A DNA stretch of 64,000 nucleotides from Octopus sinensis (Eukaryota): NCBI RefSeq assembly GCF_006345805.1, contig NC_042999.1, forward strand, positions 61,504,001 through 61,568,000, in the 5' to 3' direction. Position numbers and translations under genes: made by a program. Under the pieces are notes generated by a model. It saw nothing but the letters and a program-made list of their open reading frames with translations, made no database searches and had not been told where the DNA came from. Below are positions 39,633-51,830 of this stretch, piece after piece. The first letter of the stretch is position 1. The number at the start of each line of letters is the position of its first letter.

Positions 39633-39635
<3 letters not shown>
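39017..39635 (+). mobile_element. Fold-back element: inverted arms of about 208 bp (39017-39224 / 39343-39549), 118-bp spacer, 86-bp one-sided tail; carries an HHR
   Basis: Arms align throughout with scattered mismatches; plus-strand HHR at 39332-39397; the tail 39550-39635 is not mirrored; (TA)n on both outer sides. Confidence 0.8.
39332..39397 (+). ncRNA. Type-I hammerhead fold with intact CUGACGA core
   Basis: Helix I CCTA/TAGG; CTGACGA (39336-39342); helix II AACTA/TAGTT with inner CAGTA/TACTG; GAAA; helix III ACTATGGT (the left-arm copy preserves palindromic ACCATGGT); GUC site after C39393. Confidence 0.7.
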
Positions 39636-39673
<38 letters not shown>

Positions 39674-39721
39674 ATATAAGAATAAAAAATGGAGTTAACG
39701 CAGGTGTAAACAAATATTTTT

Positions 39722-39807
39722 ACTTTCGACACATGTTTCGAAAATTCCACTGATACTATTCAAAAGAATAAATGGTATAAACAATGCAATCTTCTCTTCG
39801 GGAAAGT
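39722..39807 (-). ncRNA. Mirror copy of the 39958-40043 hammerhead fold
   Basis: Reverse complement is identical except for one base in the helix II loop. Confidence 0.7.
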
Positions 39808-39957
39808 GAAAAAAACGAAACTCGTCAATACGACATTTTAGCAAAAAATGATGGATTTGTATAGCGATAGACAGAACGCTATTAATATGGATTTGGTAGA
39901 CGGAAACTGAAAAAAGTCTTTTGCTAAAATGTCGTATTGACGAGTTTCGTTTTTTTC

Positions 39958-40043
39958 ACTTTCCCGAAGAGAAGATTGCATTGTTTATACCATTTATACT
40001 TTTGAATAGTATCAGTGGAATTTTCGAAACATGTGTCGAAAGT
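39958..40043 (+). ncRNA. Type-I hammerhead fold, CCGAAGA core variant
   Basis: Helix I ACTTTC/GAAAGT; CCGAAGA; helix II GAAGA/TTTTC; GAAA; helix III ACA-TG-TGT containing palindromic ACATGT; GUC site after C40037. Confidence 0.7.
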
Positions 40044-40231
40044 AAAAATATTTGTTTACACCTGCGTTAACTCCATTTTTTATTCATATTATTCAAATAT
40101 TCAACGTAAATACGAAGTTTCTACCTTTATAAACAAGGAGTTACAACAACTTTACTTGTAAGATTTTTGCTGCCCTGGTAACTATTTATTTATTTTTCCG
40201 TGTTAATTGTTAACAAGGTAAAAATACAGTC

Positions 40232-40325
<94 letters not shown>

Positions 40326-41458
40326 AAAAAAACAATATGAAAAACACAGAAGATTCGTTTTGTTTTACAAGACTAAAGAATATAGTACGAACATAATAGC
40401 AAACATATTATTCAATATTGCACCAATTAAGATTTTTTCTTATAATATAATAACCGTTTTCGCTATCCCTTTGCAAATTTTGATGAAATTCTGAATTAGA
40501 CATTTCGTTTGCTGTAGGAGGCGTGGTAATTGGAAACCAAGGTATTTTTCAGTAAAGGTATTTTTCAGACCAGAAAAAAACGGGACACACGTTGGAACTT
40601 GATACACAGGAGAAACCGAAGGTAATCTATAATATAAATTAGACATGGGCGATCGTATTCTTTCTTGCCTTGAGTTTCACAACCAAACGGCTGAGTGGAT
40701 TCGTATGAAAAATGGCACACATATGGAGAAGGGTGCATAGAATGGAATGCTGTTTGTATTGTTTTCTTAGCCCCCATACTTACCGAGAAAATCGATTAAA
40801 ACATTTTCTAATGGAATTCCCCTGTTGCTTCTGTTATTAAAACAACCAGTTGTTGACACAGCCGCCATATACCATTTCGCTAGCAACAAGGGGAGTACAG
40901 GATGACAGTCAACCAAAGCTTTCGCTATGCTGTTTCTCTTCTTTCACCTCTTTGTGAGGTTAATAATCTTAATCTTTCGTTACAGTTTCTGATTCAAACT
41001 ACATAATAGGCAGAATTGTCGGATTAAGACACTAGATTGCTTTGAGGGAGATTTGGTTGCTATTTCTACCAGGTTTAGCTACCATGTAGAGGTCTGAACT
41101 TAATTTTCATTCACATATTTGCATTTTAAAAATTTAACAATCTTTTCCATAAATCAACTATCGCAAACACATACACACTCGCAAGCACGCACGCACACAC
41201 ACACACATACACACTCGCAAGCACGCACGCACACACACACACATAAACACACACATACGTCCATTTCATATATCTTCTTTCAATTTCAGTTCTTTGCAAA
41301 TAAAATTCTTACGGATACAACTGCTTACAGAAATAGGGATTAATGTATAATTTCTTTCTATGTTCATAATTAAATCAATGTTTGAATGATTAGACAGAAT
41401 CCAATACAACAGCTCTCAGAAACAGACTACGTACAAATTACTTCTTCACAACTCATGA

Positions 41459-41501
41459 AGCTGTTTCCTGACAGGGGAAGTCACGAAATTTTCATACAGC
41501 T
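41459..41501 (+). ncRNA. Degenerate HHR-like motif upstream of the PLE RT (probable 5' pLTR relic)
   Basis: AGCTGT...CTGACAG-GGGAAGTCAC-GAAA-TTT-TC-ATACAGCT; helix I pairing is visible, core and helix II are eroded. Confidence 0.3.
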
Positions 41502-41630
41502 GGAGGTTCCAATCGAAAAAAGGGATCCAAAATGATACGGTTGAGAAACGCTGTTATAGTTTATGCCTAATCGAAAACGATAACAGCCTCATCATCCAAA
41601 CAGACCAGGTGAAACCGGGTTTAGCTGCTA

Positions 41631-42924
41631 GTTAACTTATATAAATCCCTATCTACCATAAAGATCGATATCCTATCTAAAGGGCTAAAATCCACCCCAA
41701 CTCCACACAGAGCTAACCAAAATGTGGAGTAGGGCTGTATTTCAGAATTTTGCAGGAAATTAAGGCTTACAGAAGCACTGGCCTATTATAATAGAGACAG
41801 CAGTGAACACATCCCCCACAAAGAAAGAAAGAAAAATCTCGACGAATTTTGCAGCCACATCGAAAACTTCCCCTACCACACCTTACACAAACAAAAGAAT
41901 AATTTCAAACTTCAGTACCATCCATTGGAAAGAACTAACAGAACTACAAACCAATGAAGAACTAACAATCAAAGAATCAGATAAAGGGAGTGCAGCGGAA
42001 GTAATGGACACATTATACTACAAAAATCTGGTAGTATCCAGACCAGATAATGACGAACACTACCAAGAAATCAATGATTACACCCTACAAAAAATAATGA
42101 AAAACTTCTTTTCACTAATCCAAACCCACGGAAAAGACCTAACAAAGAAAGAAATAGCCCGTTTAACAAGCTTTAAATGTAAACCCAGCCTATTCTATGC
42201 TCTACCAAAAATTCACATAAGCCAAACTATAAATGAAGTTATCAAAAAATCACCAAATAAATACAAACACACATACATACACCAGCACCAGGAGAATAAA
42301 ATTACGGCCCATTATAGCTGGATCATCCTGTGAAACACATCGATTAAGTTGCCTCATGGACATCCTCCTGGAACCATTTCTAAAATACATCAAAAGTTAT
42401 ATTAGATATGACTTAGATATGTTAAATCACCTACCGGAAAAGGTCAAGGAAGAAACAATCATGATTATATTTGATGTGATAAACCTATACACTATCATAC
42501 TTCATAATTATGGAACAGAAGTAATCCGGTTCTGGCTGGACAAATATCCAGAAGAAATACTAGAACGGATCGACAAAGTTTTCATAATCCAATCACTAAG
42601 ATTCATCCTTCAAAACAACCACTTCATGTTCGGCTCCACTGTTTATCGTCAAAAATCCGGAATTGCCATGGGATCCAGGGCAGCCCCGACCATTGCCAAC
42701 CTAACAATGCGCTATTTAGATATAACAGCATATCAGGAGTCATTTTCTAAATTTGGAAACCCTCTCTCACAATACATAAAAGAAAATTGGAAAAGATTTT
42801 TGGACGATTGCTTCATCTACTGGAATGACAATATAAACTCTCGGAGTTCCGAAGACTTCTTAACAGCATTAACACCAACATACAATTTACAATAGAACAC
42901 AACCAAGGGTAACTCCCATTCCTA
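41631..42924 (+). pseudogene. PLE N-terminal region and reverse transcriptase (Neptune-like by inference), 3'-truncated
   Basis: ILSKGLKSTPTP..EFCRKLRL; IKESDKGS; FYALPKIH; LRPIIAG; FDVINLYT; GIAMGSRAAPTIANL; WKRFLDDCF; ends at LPFL against (TA)n; several frameshifts and stops. Confidence 0.9.
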
Positions 42925-44354
42925 TATATATATATAAGCCGTTTTGTTGAGGTATGTCATGTTTGAAACTACTTTTGTGGTTATGGTAGTGGGTGTGGTT
43001 ACGACGATGAATAATGTTTCCCCTCCTCAGTCCCAACATCTCACGCAGAAACAGACCAAATGTACTCGGTGAAAAATATTGTATAAAAGAGAAAAAAAAA
43101 TTATGATGTTATTAGTGGAGATTACTATTTATGGATGATAATTATAATTGATGCGAGGAAATTTTATTCATTGTCTATTTGTTGTCTTTTGTGATACAAC
43201 AGCTATATCATGAGATAAAACAGCTATGTATAACTAAAAAATCCGCCACATGGTCCTGGCAGAGACAATGCAAAAGGCGTTACACCGAAGGACGGGGAGG
43301 GAGTCACACACGAACAGCCACTCCGACACACGGAGGCAAAGTCACTTGCAGAAAATACCAATTCTATTTTCTGGTAGTTATTTAACATCATTATTGGAAT
43401 ACACATGAGATTTAATTCTACACTTAAAGAGTTAAAGAAATTTTTTAAAAGGAAGAGACTGCTATTATTCTCACCGAGATCTTTTGAATATCACAGAGTT
43501 TCCGTGTCTATATATTCATTATCTCGAGTGAAGATTCTGTATTTATCTGATATCCAGAACATATGCAATTATACTGTTTTTAAGGCTTTGCTATTAAAAT
43601 TTTAAGGCATTTTAGCGATCTCTCACAGACTACGGTTCAATGACTGGGGATATTTTGCATCACGCAATCGATATAGATGTATTTTTCCAATAGTTCTCAG
43701 CACACTGCTGCAGATTAGAATAAAAGATGGAGAACAAGACTTTACTACGGTCATTGATCATCTTTAAAAGAGTCAGTCTAAAGTTTTGTTTGAAGTTATA
43801 ATAGGTAATGTTCGATATGAAATGATGCATTTTACTTTCAGTGGAAAATAAAACAAATTAAGTTATCGCATTACATTTAATTAGTAATAATGCTGCCCCG
43901 TTCTAAAGAAAGTGCCAGCAAGATATCATGCGTATGGATGTTTGACTGAGATCGTGTTTTGTGAGTGTCGATTTATGAGAGTGCGAATGTGTTTATGTGT
44001 GTCTGTGAGGGGGGGGGGGATAAAATGGGGGGAATCACAACACTTAGAGTGATACACCATTACTCTTCTACTCAATATGTATAAGTCTATCTAAATATCT
44101 ATCGATTTATCTGTCATATATATATATATATATATATATATGTGCGTGTGTCTGTGTGTCTGTGTATATATATATATATGTGTGTGTGTGTATATATATA
44201 TTTATATATATGTACATATATATGTGTGTGTGTGTGTGTATACATATATATATATTGAGAGAGAGAGAGAGATATACATATATACATAGATGCATGCATA
44301 CTTATGTATATACATAAATGTATGATTTTAATTATATATATATATACACACACA

Positions 44355-44446
<92 letters not shown>

Positions 44447-44990
44447 AATGCACACATATACATGCATACAAACATACATACATGTATACATACATACATA
44501 CGTTCGTACATACATATAGCGAACATCGGTTTGTAGTCTTTGCTATTAAGGATAGTTTCCTTTGAAAGCGACATGAGATCTATATTAAACAATTGTACTT
44601 AAAAGATAAAAGAGATACATTGAAATTACTCTTTATGAAATCTGAATACAACAATAAATATTTTTCATCTTCTTTAACAATGCAAATAGTTCTGAGAAGA
44701 TCTCGGCCGTTCTTAGAAAATTGTGGGTTGTGTTTACCATTAATTTACTCATATCAGTGAAACGTTATGATTAAATAATGATATTAGTTTAGTTATTGAT
44801 TTTTAATGTTCCCTTTGATTCCGATTCTACTGCCTTCCTTTCTTTAGCTATTGGCTCGCTCTCCCCCACAATAATTAATCACCCTCTACTATGAAAATAT
44901 CTGACTGTATGCGGGACTGTGCGTGAGTGTAATGAATGTGTCAGTACATATGTGTATATATCTGAACGGGGGAAGATGTGTGTGTATGTG

Positions 44991-45034
<44 letters not shown>

Positions 45035-45235
45035 GTGTGTGTGTGTGTAAGCAAAGACTATTACATTCTCTGCAGCGGATTCGTTCAGCGTATGTTTCAC
45101 ACTCGTTAAACTTACTCCATACTTGTTCGTTTCTAAACTCCTAATGGCAATTTTAATTATACCTCGAAGCGTCCGTCTCTTACCGGTATGTTGACATATA
45201 CACGCGCCTGCGTACAAACACACGTGTATATATGC

Positions 45236-45270
<35 letters not shown>

Positions 45271-45619
45271 AATTATACTAACACACACAATACACACGCT
45301 ACTCACTCACACTCTCACACATATATGTATATGTGTGTGCATATAGGCGAATGGATGGATGGGGGTGGGGGATGGGGGAAAAGAAGAAAGGAGGGATAAA
45401 TTTCACATAAATCAGCTGTTACACTTAGCCATTCGGTGTAAACTCTCTCCTTGGATACCTGTCACAGGTAGATCGCTCTGTTAGCAAGAAGAAATTCTAT
45501 TTCTATATTACAGATACAAAATAATATGATTAATGCATATGTGATTGTGTGTATGTACGTGTGTGTGTGTGCGTGTGTGTGTGTATGTACGTGTGTGTGT
45601 GTGTGTGTGTGTAGAATGC

Positions 45620-45870
45620 CTGTGATTTGGTGGTTTGTGTATTCGGCTCAACATCGTTAGGCCTTGAGTTCGATTAATGGCGGCGCCTTATGTCATTGAG
45701 CAAGACACTTTATCTCATGTTACTGCTGTTCAGTCAACTGGCAAAAAAGAATTGTGCCTGTATTTCAAGAAAGCCAGCCATTCTGTGTCAAGGTTTCGTG
45801 TATCTGTGTGTCTGTGGAGTGTTTAGTCACTTGTCTGGGAACCTTCATCGTCGTAACCAACAGACTGCCT
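45620..45870 (+). mobile_element. Degenerate SINE with family-B central domain and the same tail as 62775-63097
   Basis: GAGTTCGATT B box; TTGAGCAAGACACTTTAT core; GTGTCTGTGGAGTG...GGAACCTTCATCGTCGTAA tail. Confidence 0.6.
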
Positions 45871-46111
45871 CTGTGTGTGTGTGTGTGTGTGTGTATGTGC
45901 ATTTGTAAATATGTTTGAGTGTGTCTAGTGAAATGCATGTAAAAAGAAACCTGTATACCTACAAACGTATTCGGCCATGTACACTTTTATGTATCAATAT
46001 AAATTTGTAGGCTATATATCTTAAACCCAATAAACGAAAAAATAAGTTATTTTCTCCGGGCAGCGAGGACAACCCTTGAAGCTCACAACTGAAAATCTAC
46101 AAACAGTAATG

Positions 46112-46528
46112 GGATCTTTTCGGTTTGACCGGCAGTTTTTTAAAATAATTTCCACGTAACTGAACACTTTTAAACTTCGTATACTGGCAGAATGTGTATA
46201 TAAAGCATATTTTTCTCTTGGCTTTATTGAGAAAATTCTATACTTTGTAAGATATTTGTTGTTTTTTTTCTTCGATTTCTGCAATTTCAACCAATCAATG
46301 ACATCTATTGAGGTGAAAACATTCTGTGCCGTATGAATATGTCCCTCGTTTAAGAAACAGATTGGGTTTATTTACATTTCTGAAGAAAAAAAGATACCAT
46401 TCCCCCCACCCCTAACCCTAACCCTAAAACAGATTGAAATGCAATATATCGATATTAGGGTTATAATTTTGGGTGACAATTTCATATGACACCGCTAGAA
46501 AAAACTGCCAGTCAAACCGAAAAGATCC
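46112..46528. mobile_element. 417-bp MITE, 30-bp TIRs, 8-bp TSD (Merlin-like by inference), containing (CCCTAA)3
   Basis: GGATCTTTTCGGTTTGAC(C/T)GGCAGTTTTTT TIRs (29/30); CAGTAATG at 46104-46111 and 46529-46536. Confidence 0.85.
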
Positions 46529-48698
46529 CAGTAATGAAATAAGCAAGCTATCATTTCAAACCATCAATCTCAGAATCAAGGGACGTTACTCGTATTTATT
46601 AGATTAGTAATATCTAAGGAAGTTTTTCACAATGTACTGTTAAATCTACTTAGTTCGAACTGATATATAAATAAAATTTATTAGGGCCCTGACAATCTTT
46701 ATTTATAGACATCAATCGCTTAACTACAAACAAGAATGCAAATTGTATTCAGACAGAATTTCGGTCGCTAATTCTGAATGAACTTAGATACGGTGGAATA
46801 CGCGTCGGAGCTAGTTATGCAGGAAAATAAGTCTTACTATTGATGTATATGATATAATGTCAGTTTTATTTTATTTTACAGCAACAATTAATTATTTATA
46901 TCAATACCCGAACCTACAAAATGTTATAAAATCAGATAACAGGTTTAAGCAAAAAGAAACTTAATCTTAATATCTATATGAATGTGTGACATTTCTAAGG
47001 AAACAAATGATATACATCGTTCATATAAATAAATATACACGCTATGCTTTTAAACCGCTTTTAACTACTTCTAAAACAGCAGTACAGTTATTGCCTGTAA
47101 ACACTTATGTTCGACATAACTATGTTAATTTATCTTAAAACTACTGACGTCCTTCAGTTTGGTTAAAATATATCGTTGCATTCAGGCTCAGTAAACTAGC
47201 AATTGTCATATTCTGGACGCTACGGATCCCGAAATGAGTTATCTCTTTTTTCATACACATCTGCGTAGGAGAAATAAGCCTATCTGAGGATATAAACACT
47301 TTAACTGCAAAGCGTCACATCTCGATCACCATTTAATACATTCATGGCCCGCCGAGCCTCTTTGAGTTGACTTCCATGTTATACATACACAATACATTCA
47401 TACACACGCACACACACACACACACACAATCATACACACATACTCACATACAGTCACATGAAGTAGACTTTCCTTTTTTTTTCATTTTGCTTTTTATATC
47501 TTCGTATGGATTCCTCGCAGTTCTTTGAAGATTAACTTTTCTAATCTACCATAAACATTTACTGTTTCCATTGATAGAACAGAGCACAGTCATCAGATCT
47601 TTATAGTCTTATCTTCTGGTTGAAGTGTGGCTGGAAAGTATTGCTACCAATTTTTATACTAATCTGCCTCAATAAAATGAGTATAGATATCCATACCAGA
47701 ATCTGAATTTTCACCGTTTCATATCGTATTAGTATATTCAGCAAAATAGTGCTACTTATTTTAATCAAAAGTTTACATCTTATGGCTTCTAAAGTGCGGA
47801 CAATCATATTTCAGTGAAAGACTATTATCCAGAAATGAAACTCAATTGAATCTATGGAGGAAAACAATAGCAGAAATATTTATCCTAAAACTCAACTTTT
47901 TTGCGTGTGTGTGTGTGCTTGAATCATACTATGAAGGATAGCTTCCATGACATTTGGATGACTGCTGCATTTGACTGAAGTAGGAAACAAAAAGAAACCT
48001 GTCTCATAGGCCGTTGCAGCGATTGACAGCAGACCGAGATGAAACTGGTAAACTGCCTCAGTGCTTGAACACAACTGAATTATTCTAAAAGTATCCAACT
48101 TCCGATGATGCTATTAAAACGAGTGGAGGACTAGTTCAACTCGAACTGATTCAACCTGGTGCCAGTGTCAATGTAGGCGCTGTTGCTATAGGAACGTGGA
48201 AACGGGAACAGCACATCTTGCCCGTCTATCTAATCGTTCTGCCAAACCATCGTCTGGCATTGGTACTATTTAGTCATCTGAAACTATATACGGGAAAGTT
48301 GACCTCCCCGGGAATTGAACCCAAAACTCACTCCAAACAAATAACATAAGGCAGTCTATACAGCATTCTAATGAATAATTAAAATCATTTTATTTCATGT
48401 CTATTACTAATAACATTGAAAGACTTGATCCACTGACAGCAGTGTCGCCCAAGTTACTTTAGATAATCACAACTGCACAAGAGTTAAACTATCTCAGCAT
48501 AATTCATGCAGGGAACACTAAAAAGCTTAGCTAGAAAACAATGATGCGAAAGAAAAAAAAATCCTTTAAGTGCGTGAGACAACTAGGGATATATTTTGAT
48601 ATTATACTGAATCCAAGAGCGAAGAAGGTTCTTAACTGCACTTTCCTAAGTACTGATCTTTGAACCATTAAATAAATTAGCAAAACTGTGCATTGTTT

Positions 48699-48996
48699 TG
48701 TTTGTTCCTTCTCGAGCCATGCCTAGTTCATAAGGGCCGGTTTTCCGGCTTCCTTGGCGTATAGGTTCCCCACCTGGACGGGACGCCGGTCCGTCGCAGG
48801 TGAGCTGCAAGAAGCAGGTAAGAGTGAGAGAAGGCTGTGGCGAAAGAGTCAGCAGAAGTTCGCCATTACCTTCTGCCGGAGACGCGTGGAGCTTAGGTGT
48901 TTCGCTCATAAACACACACATCCCCCGGTCTGAGATTCGAACACGCGATCCCTCGACCGCGAGTCCGCTGCTCTAACGACTAGGCCATATGCCGCC
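48699..48996 (-). mobile_element. Family-A SINE, full length, 14-bp TSD
   Basis: ACTGTGCATTGTTT at 48685-48698 and 48997-49010; A and B boxes on the minus strand. Confidence 0.9.
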
Positions 48997-49438
48997 ACTG
49001 TGCATTGTTTAATAAAGGTAAATAGAATTATTTAAAAAATATTCTGATCTCCATAGACTGTTCGCCTTTATATAATATATAGAGAGAAAGAGATGGCATC
49101 TCATGTAGAAAGTCCTTACCTATTTCTAGTATGTAAGGAAGTATTTTATTTACCCCTGCTGCACATCGCTGTTAATTCTTAACGCAGCGCGCTCTAAAGT
49201 GTATAAAGCAATGGTTTACTGTGCTTTGAAGGCTGAAAATACATAGAGTTGCTAGAGGTGCGATAGAATGCCTGGTATCGAATCTGGTGGTCTGCAGACT
49301 GGGTTCAAATCCTGCCGGGGCTTACTATGCCTTTTATCATTTCTTCGCGGTGAGCAAATATGAAACAGTTAAATACTAAGCTCTCTCTCTGTCCCCGTAT
49401 TGTCCCCACTCTTTTTCTCAACCTTATGGTGAATAAAG

Positions 49439-49491
<53 letters not shown>

Positions 49492-50109
49492 CCTCTCTGT
49501 TTCTCTCTCTCACTCACTCGCTGATTAGATTTCACAAGAAACCCAGAGATTACAGATGATCGACTAAAGCACCGAGAGCAACAGGAGTCATAAATAAACT
49601 CTCCGGTTTGTTGTGCCCACAGCTCAAGAGATCCGACCGTCTGCAGCTCGACAAGCATGACACTTACATATTATTAATTAATTTTAGGCGAAGTTGAAGA
49701 ATCATTTAATCATTAAGAAATGTGGAAGATACAACCAATAAATTTTAATTAAAATGTCTTTTCTCGCTACATAAAATACATCTTCACCGATCTTCGCATT
49801 TAGTTCAATTGCAGAGCGTGTCCATGGGTAATTTTGTCCAGGCCGTCAGCTGTTCGCCTTCTTTAAAATAAGAAATCAATAATGAATTTAAATTTGCAGT
49901 ATTGTAGCTTCTTTCTCCTTTCTACTCTAACACTTCTTTGAAATTGTTGACATCAGAATACGGTCTCATTGTTAATTACCATTAATATTCTTCTAATTTA
50001 TCTCTCGATTGCTTCAATTACTATCATCCGAAAATCTCTACCGACAGCCCTACCAACTTCCGCCATTCATAACGTCACCATCTCATTCAACATCATCACC
50101 ATCGTCATC

Positions 50110-50506
50110 ATCATCATCATTCATCAGCTTCTTCTTCTTCTTCTTCTTCTTCTTCTTCTTTTCTTCTTCTTCTTCTCTTCTTCTTCATCAGCTTCTTCTT
50201 CTTCTTCTTCATCAGCATCATCATTATCATTACCATATTCTTCATCATCATCATCATCGTTTTCATCATCATCATCTTCTTCTTCTTCTTCTTCTTCTTC
50301 TTCTTCTTCTTCTTCTTCTTCTTCTTCTTCTTCTTCATTATCATCGTTATCCTCATCATCATCATCATCATCATCTTCATCATCCGCATCATCATCATAT
50401 TCTTTTTCTTCTTCTCCATCATCATCATCATCACCACCAACCCCATCATCATCATCTTTCTATTATTATTATTATTATTATTATTATGATTATTATTATT
50501 ATTATT
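50110..50506. repeat. Compound trinucleotide microsatellite (TCA)n/(TTC)n/(TAT)n
   Basis: Directly visible; source of the poly-S/H/M/K ORFs. Confidence 0.95.
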
Positions 50507-50507
50507 A

Positions 50508-50720
50508 GGCGGCGAGCTGGCAGAATCGTTAGCGCGCTGGGCAAAATGCTTAGAGGTATTTCGTTTGTCCATTTGTTCTGAGTTCAAATTACCCCGGGGT
50601 CAACTTTACCTTTCATTCTTTCAGAGTCGATAAAATAAGTACCAGTTACGCACTGAGGTCGATGTAATTGAATTGTATCCTCTCACCAAATTTCAGGCTT
50701 TGTGCCTATAGTAGAAAGGC
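50508..50720 (+). mobile_element. Full-length family C/D SINE
   Basis: GGCGGCGAGCTGGCAGAATCGTTAGC head, GAGTTCAAATT B box, central motif, GTGCCTATAGTAGAAAGG end. Confidence 0.85.
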
Positions 50721-50771
50721 TTCTTCTTCTTTCTTCTTCTTCTTCTTCTTCTTCTTCTTCTTCTTCTTCTT

Positions 50772-50900
50772 CAGCTGGTATTTATTTTTATCGACCCACA
50801 AAAGACCTCGGCGGAATTTGAACTCAGAACGTAAAGAGTGACGAAATTCCGCTTAGTATTTTGCCCATCGTGCTAAGGAGTCTGTCAGCTCGCTGCCTTA
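50772..50900 (-). mobile_element. Family C/D SINE 5' part, internally deleted
   Basis: GACCTCGGCGGAATTTGAACTCAGAACGTAA...CAGCTCGCTGCC. Confidence 0.75.
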
Positions 50901-50921
50901 CAATCAATAATAATAATAATA

Positions 50922-50954
<33 letters not shown>

Positions 50955-50962
50955 TGATGATG

Positions 50963-51632
50963 AGGATGATAAATGCCCTGATGCAGTACCAGGCAGTGGC
51001 TCTCGTGGCTGCTGATCTTAATTGATTGGAAGTGCTATCATGTACATTGTTTTGTCTTGGTATAAAAGATGGGCTACAACAAATATTCTGCTCAATACCA
51101 CAGATTTGCTTGTCAGTTGTTTGACCATAACCAGTTGAGCATGTCCCTTAGTGGCTGATGATAATGGCATCTCTGATCACCAGCAGAAGTAGTGGGGGAG
51201 CATCCATGTTTCCAGAGGTGAATTATTCAAACCTCAAAGAATCCCCTCAAAAGGTCCCTGAATAAGGGTTGTTTAAGGATGTTGAACGAAACACCCCTGT
51301 TTCCAAAGGTGAATTATTCAAACCTCAAAGAATCCCTCTCAACACATGGCTATGAACATGGAAACATGGATGTTTCGTTCAACTTCCTTAAACAATCCTT
51401 ATTCGAGGACCTTTTGAGGGGGATGGGTTATTCGACCAGATGAAAATTCTAACTGGGCCCCACTTGCAAGGTCATGTGCTGTTTATTGTGATATGAGATC
51501 ACCATGTCGTGCACATTTGGTTGTGATGCATGTGCCTAGAGTACCCTTATCAGACGGGTAGTCATGATAGGTATACTGGGCTTCGTATATTTTACCCCAG
51601 TGTCACTTTGATGGTATGCACTGCACTCTCAC

Positions 51633-51700
<68 letters not shown>
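50963..51700 (+). mobile_element. Non-coding retroposed element (LINE 3' UTR-like) ending in (AAT)n, with internal rearrangement
   Basis: About 670 bp of higher-complexity sequence between (AAT)/(GAT) tracts with a long (AAT)n tail; internal direct and inverted duplications. Family assignment is an inference. Confidence 0.5.
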
Positions 51701-51830
51701 CCTTTCTACTATAGGCACAAGGCCTGAAAGTTCGGGGAGAGGGGATAGTCGATTACATCGACCCTACTTCCTAAGTGGTACTTATTTTATCGATCCGAAA
51801 GAATGAAACGCAAAGTCGACTGCGGTGTAA
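51701..51830 (-). mobile_element. Family C/D SINE 3' part
   Basis: CCTTTCTACTATAGGCACAAGGCC...GTCGATTACATCGACCC...CAAAGTCGAC. Confidence 0.75.

Larger units (their letters stand above)
39680..40085. mobile_element. Near-perfect inverted duplication (167-bp arms, 1 mismatch, 72-bp spacer), each arm with an HHR fold
   Basis: 39680-39846 vs 39919-40085; the spacer contains a family-E SINE fragment TGGATTTGGTAGACGGAAACTGA. Confidence 0.85.

Noticed and set aside
49969-50587. Poly-Ser/His/Lys/Met ORFs (also 52921-53345 and 62328-63395)
   Set aside because: Trinucleotide microsatellite artefacts open on both strands.
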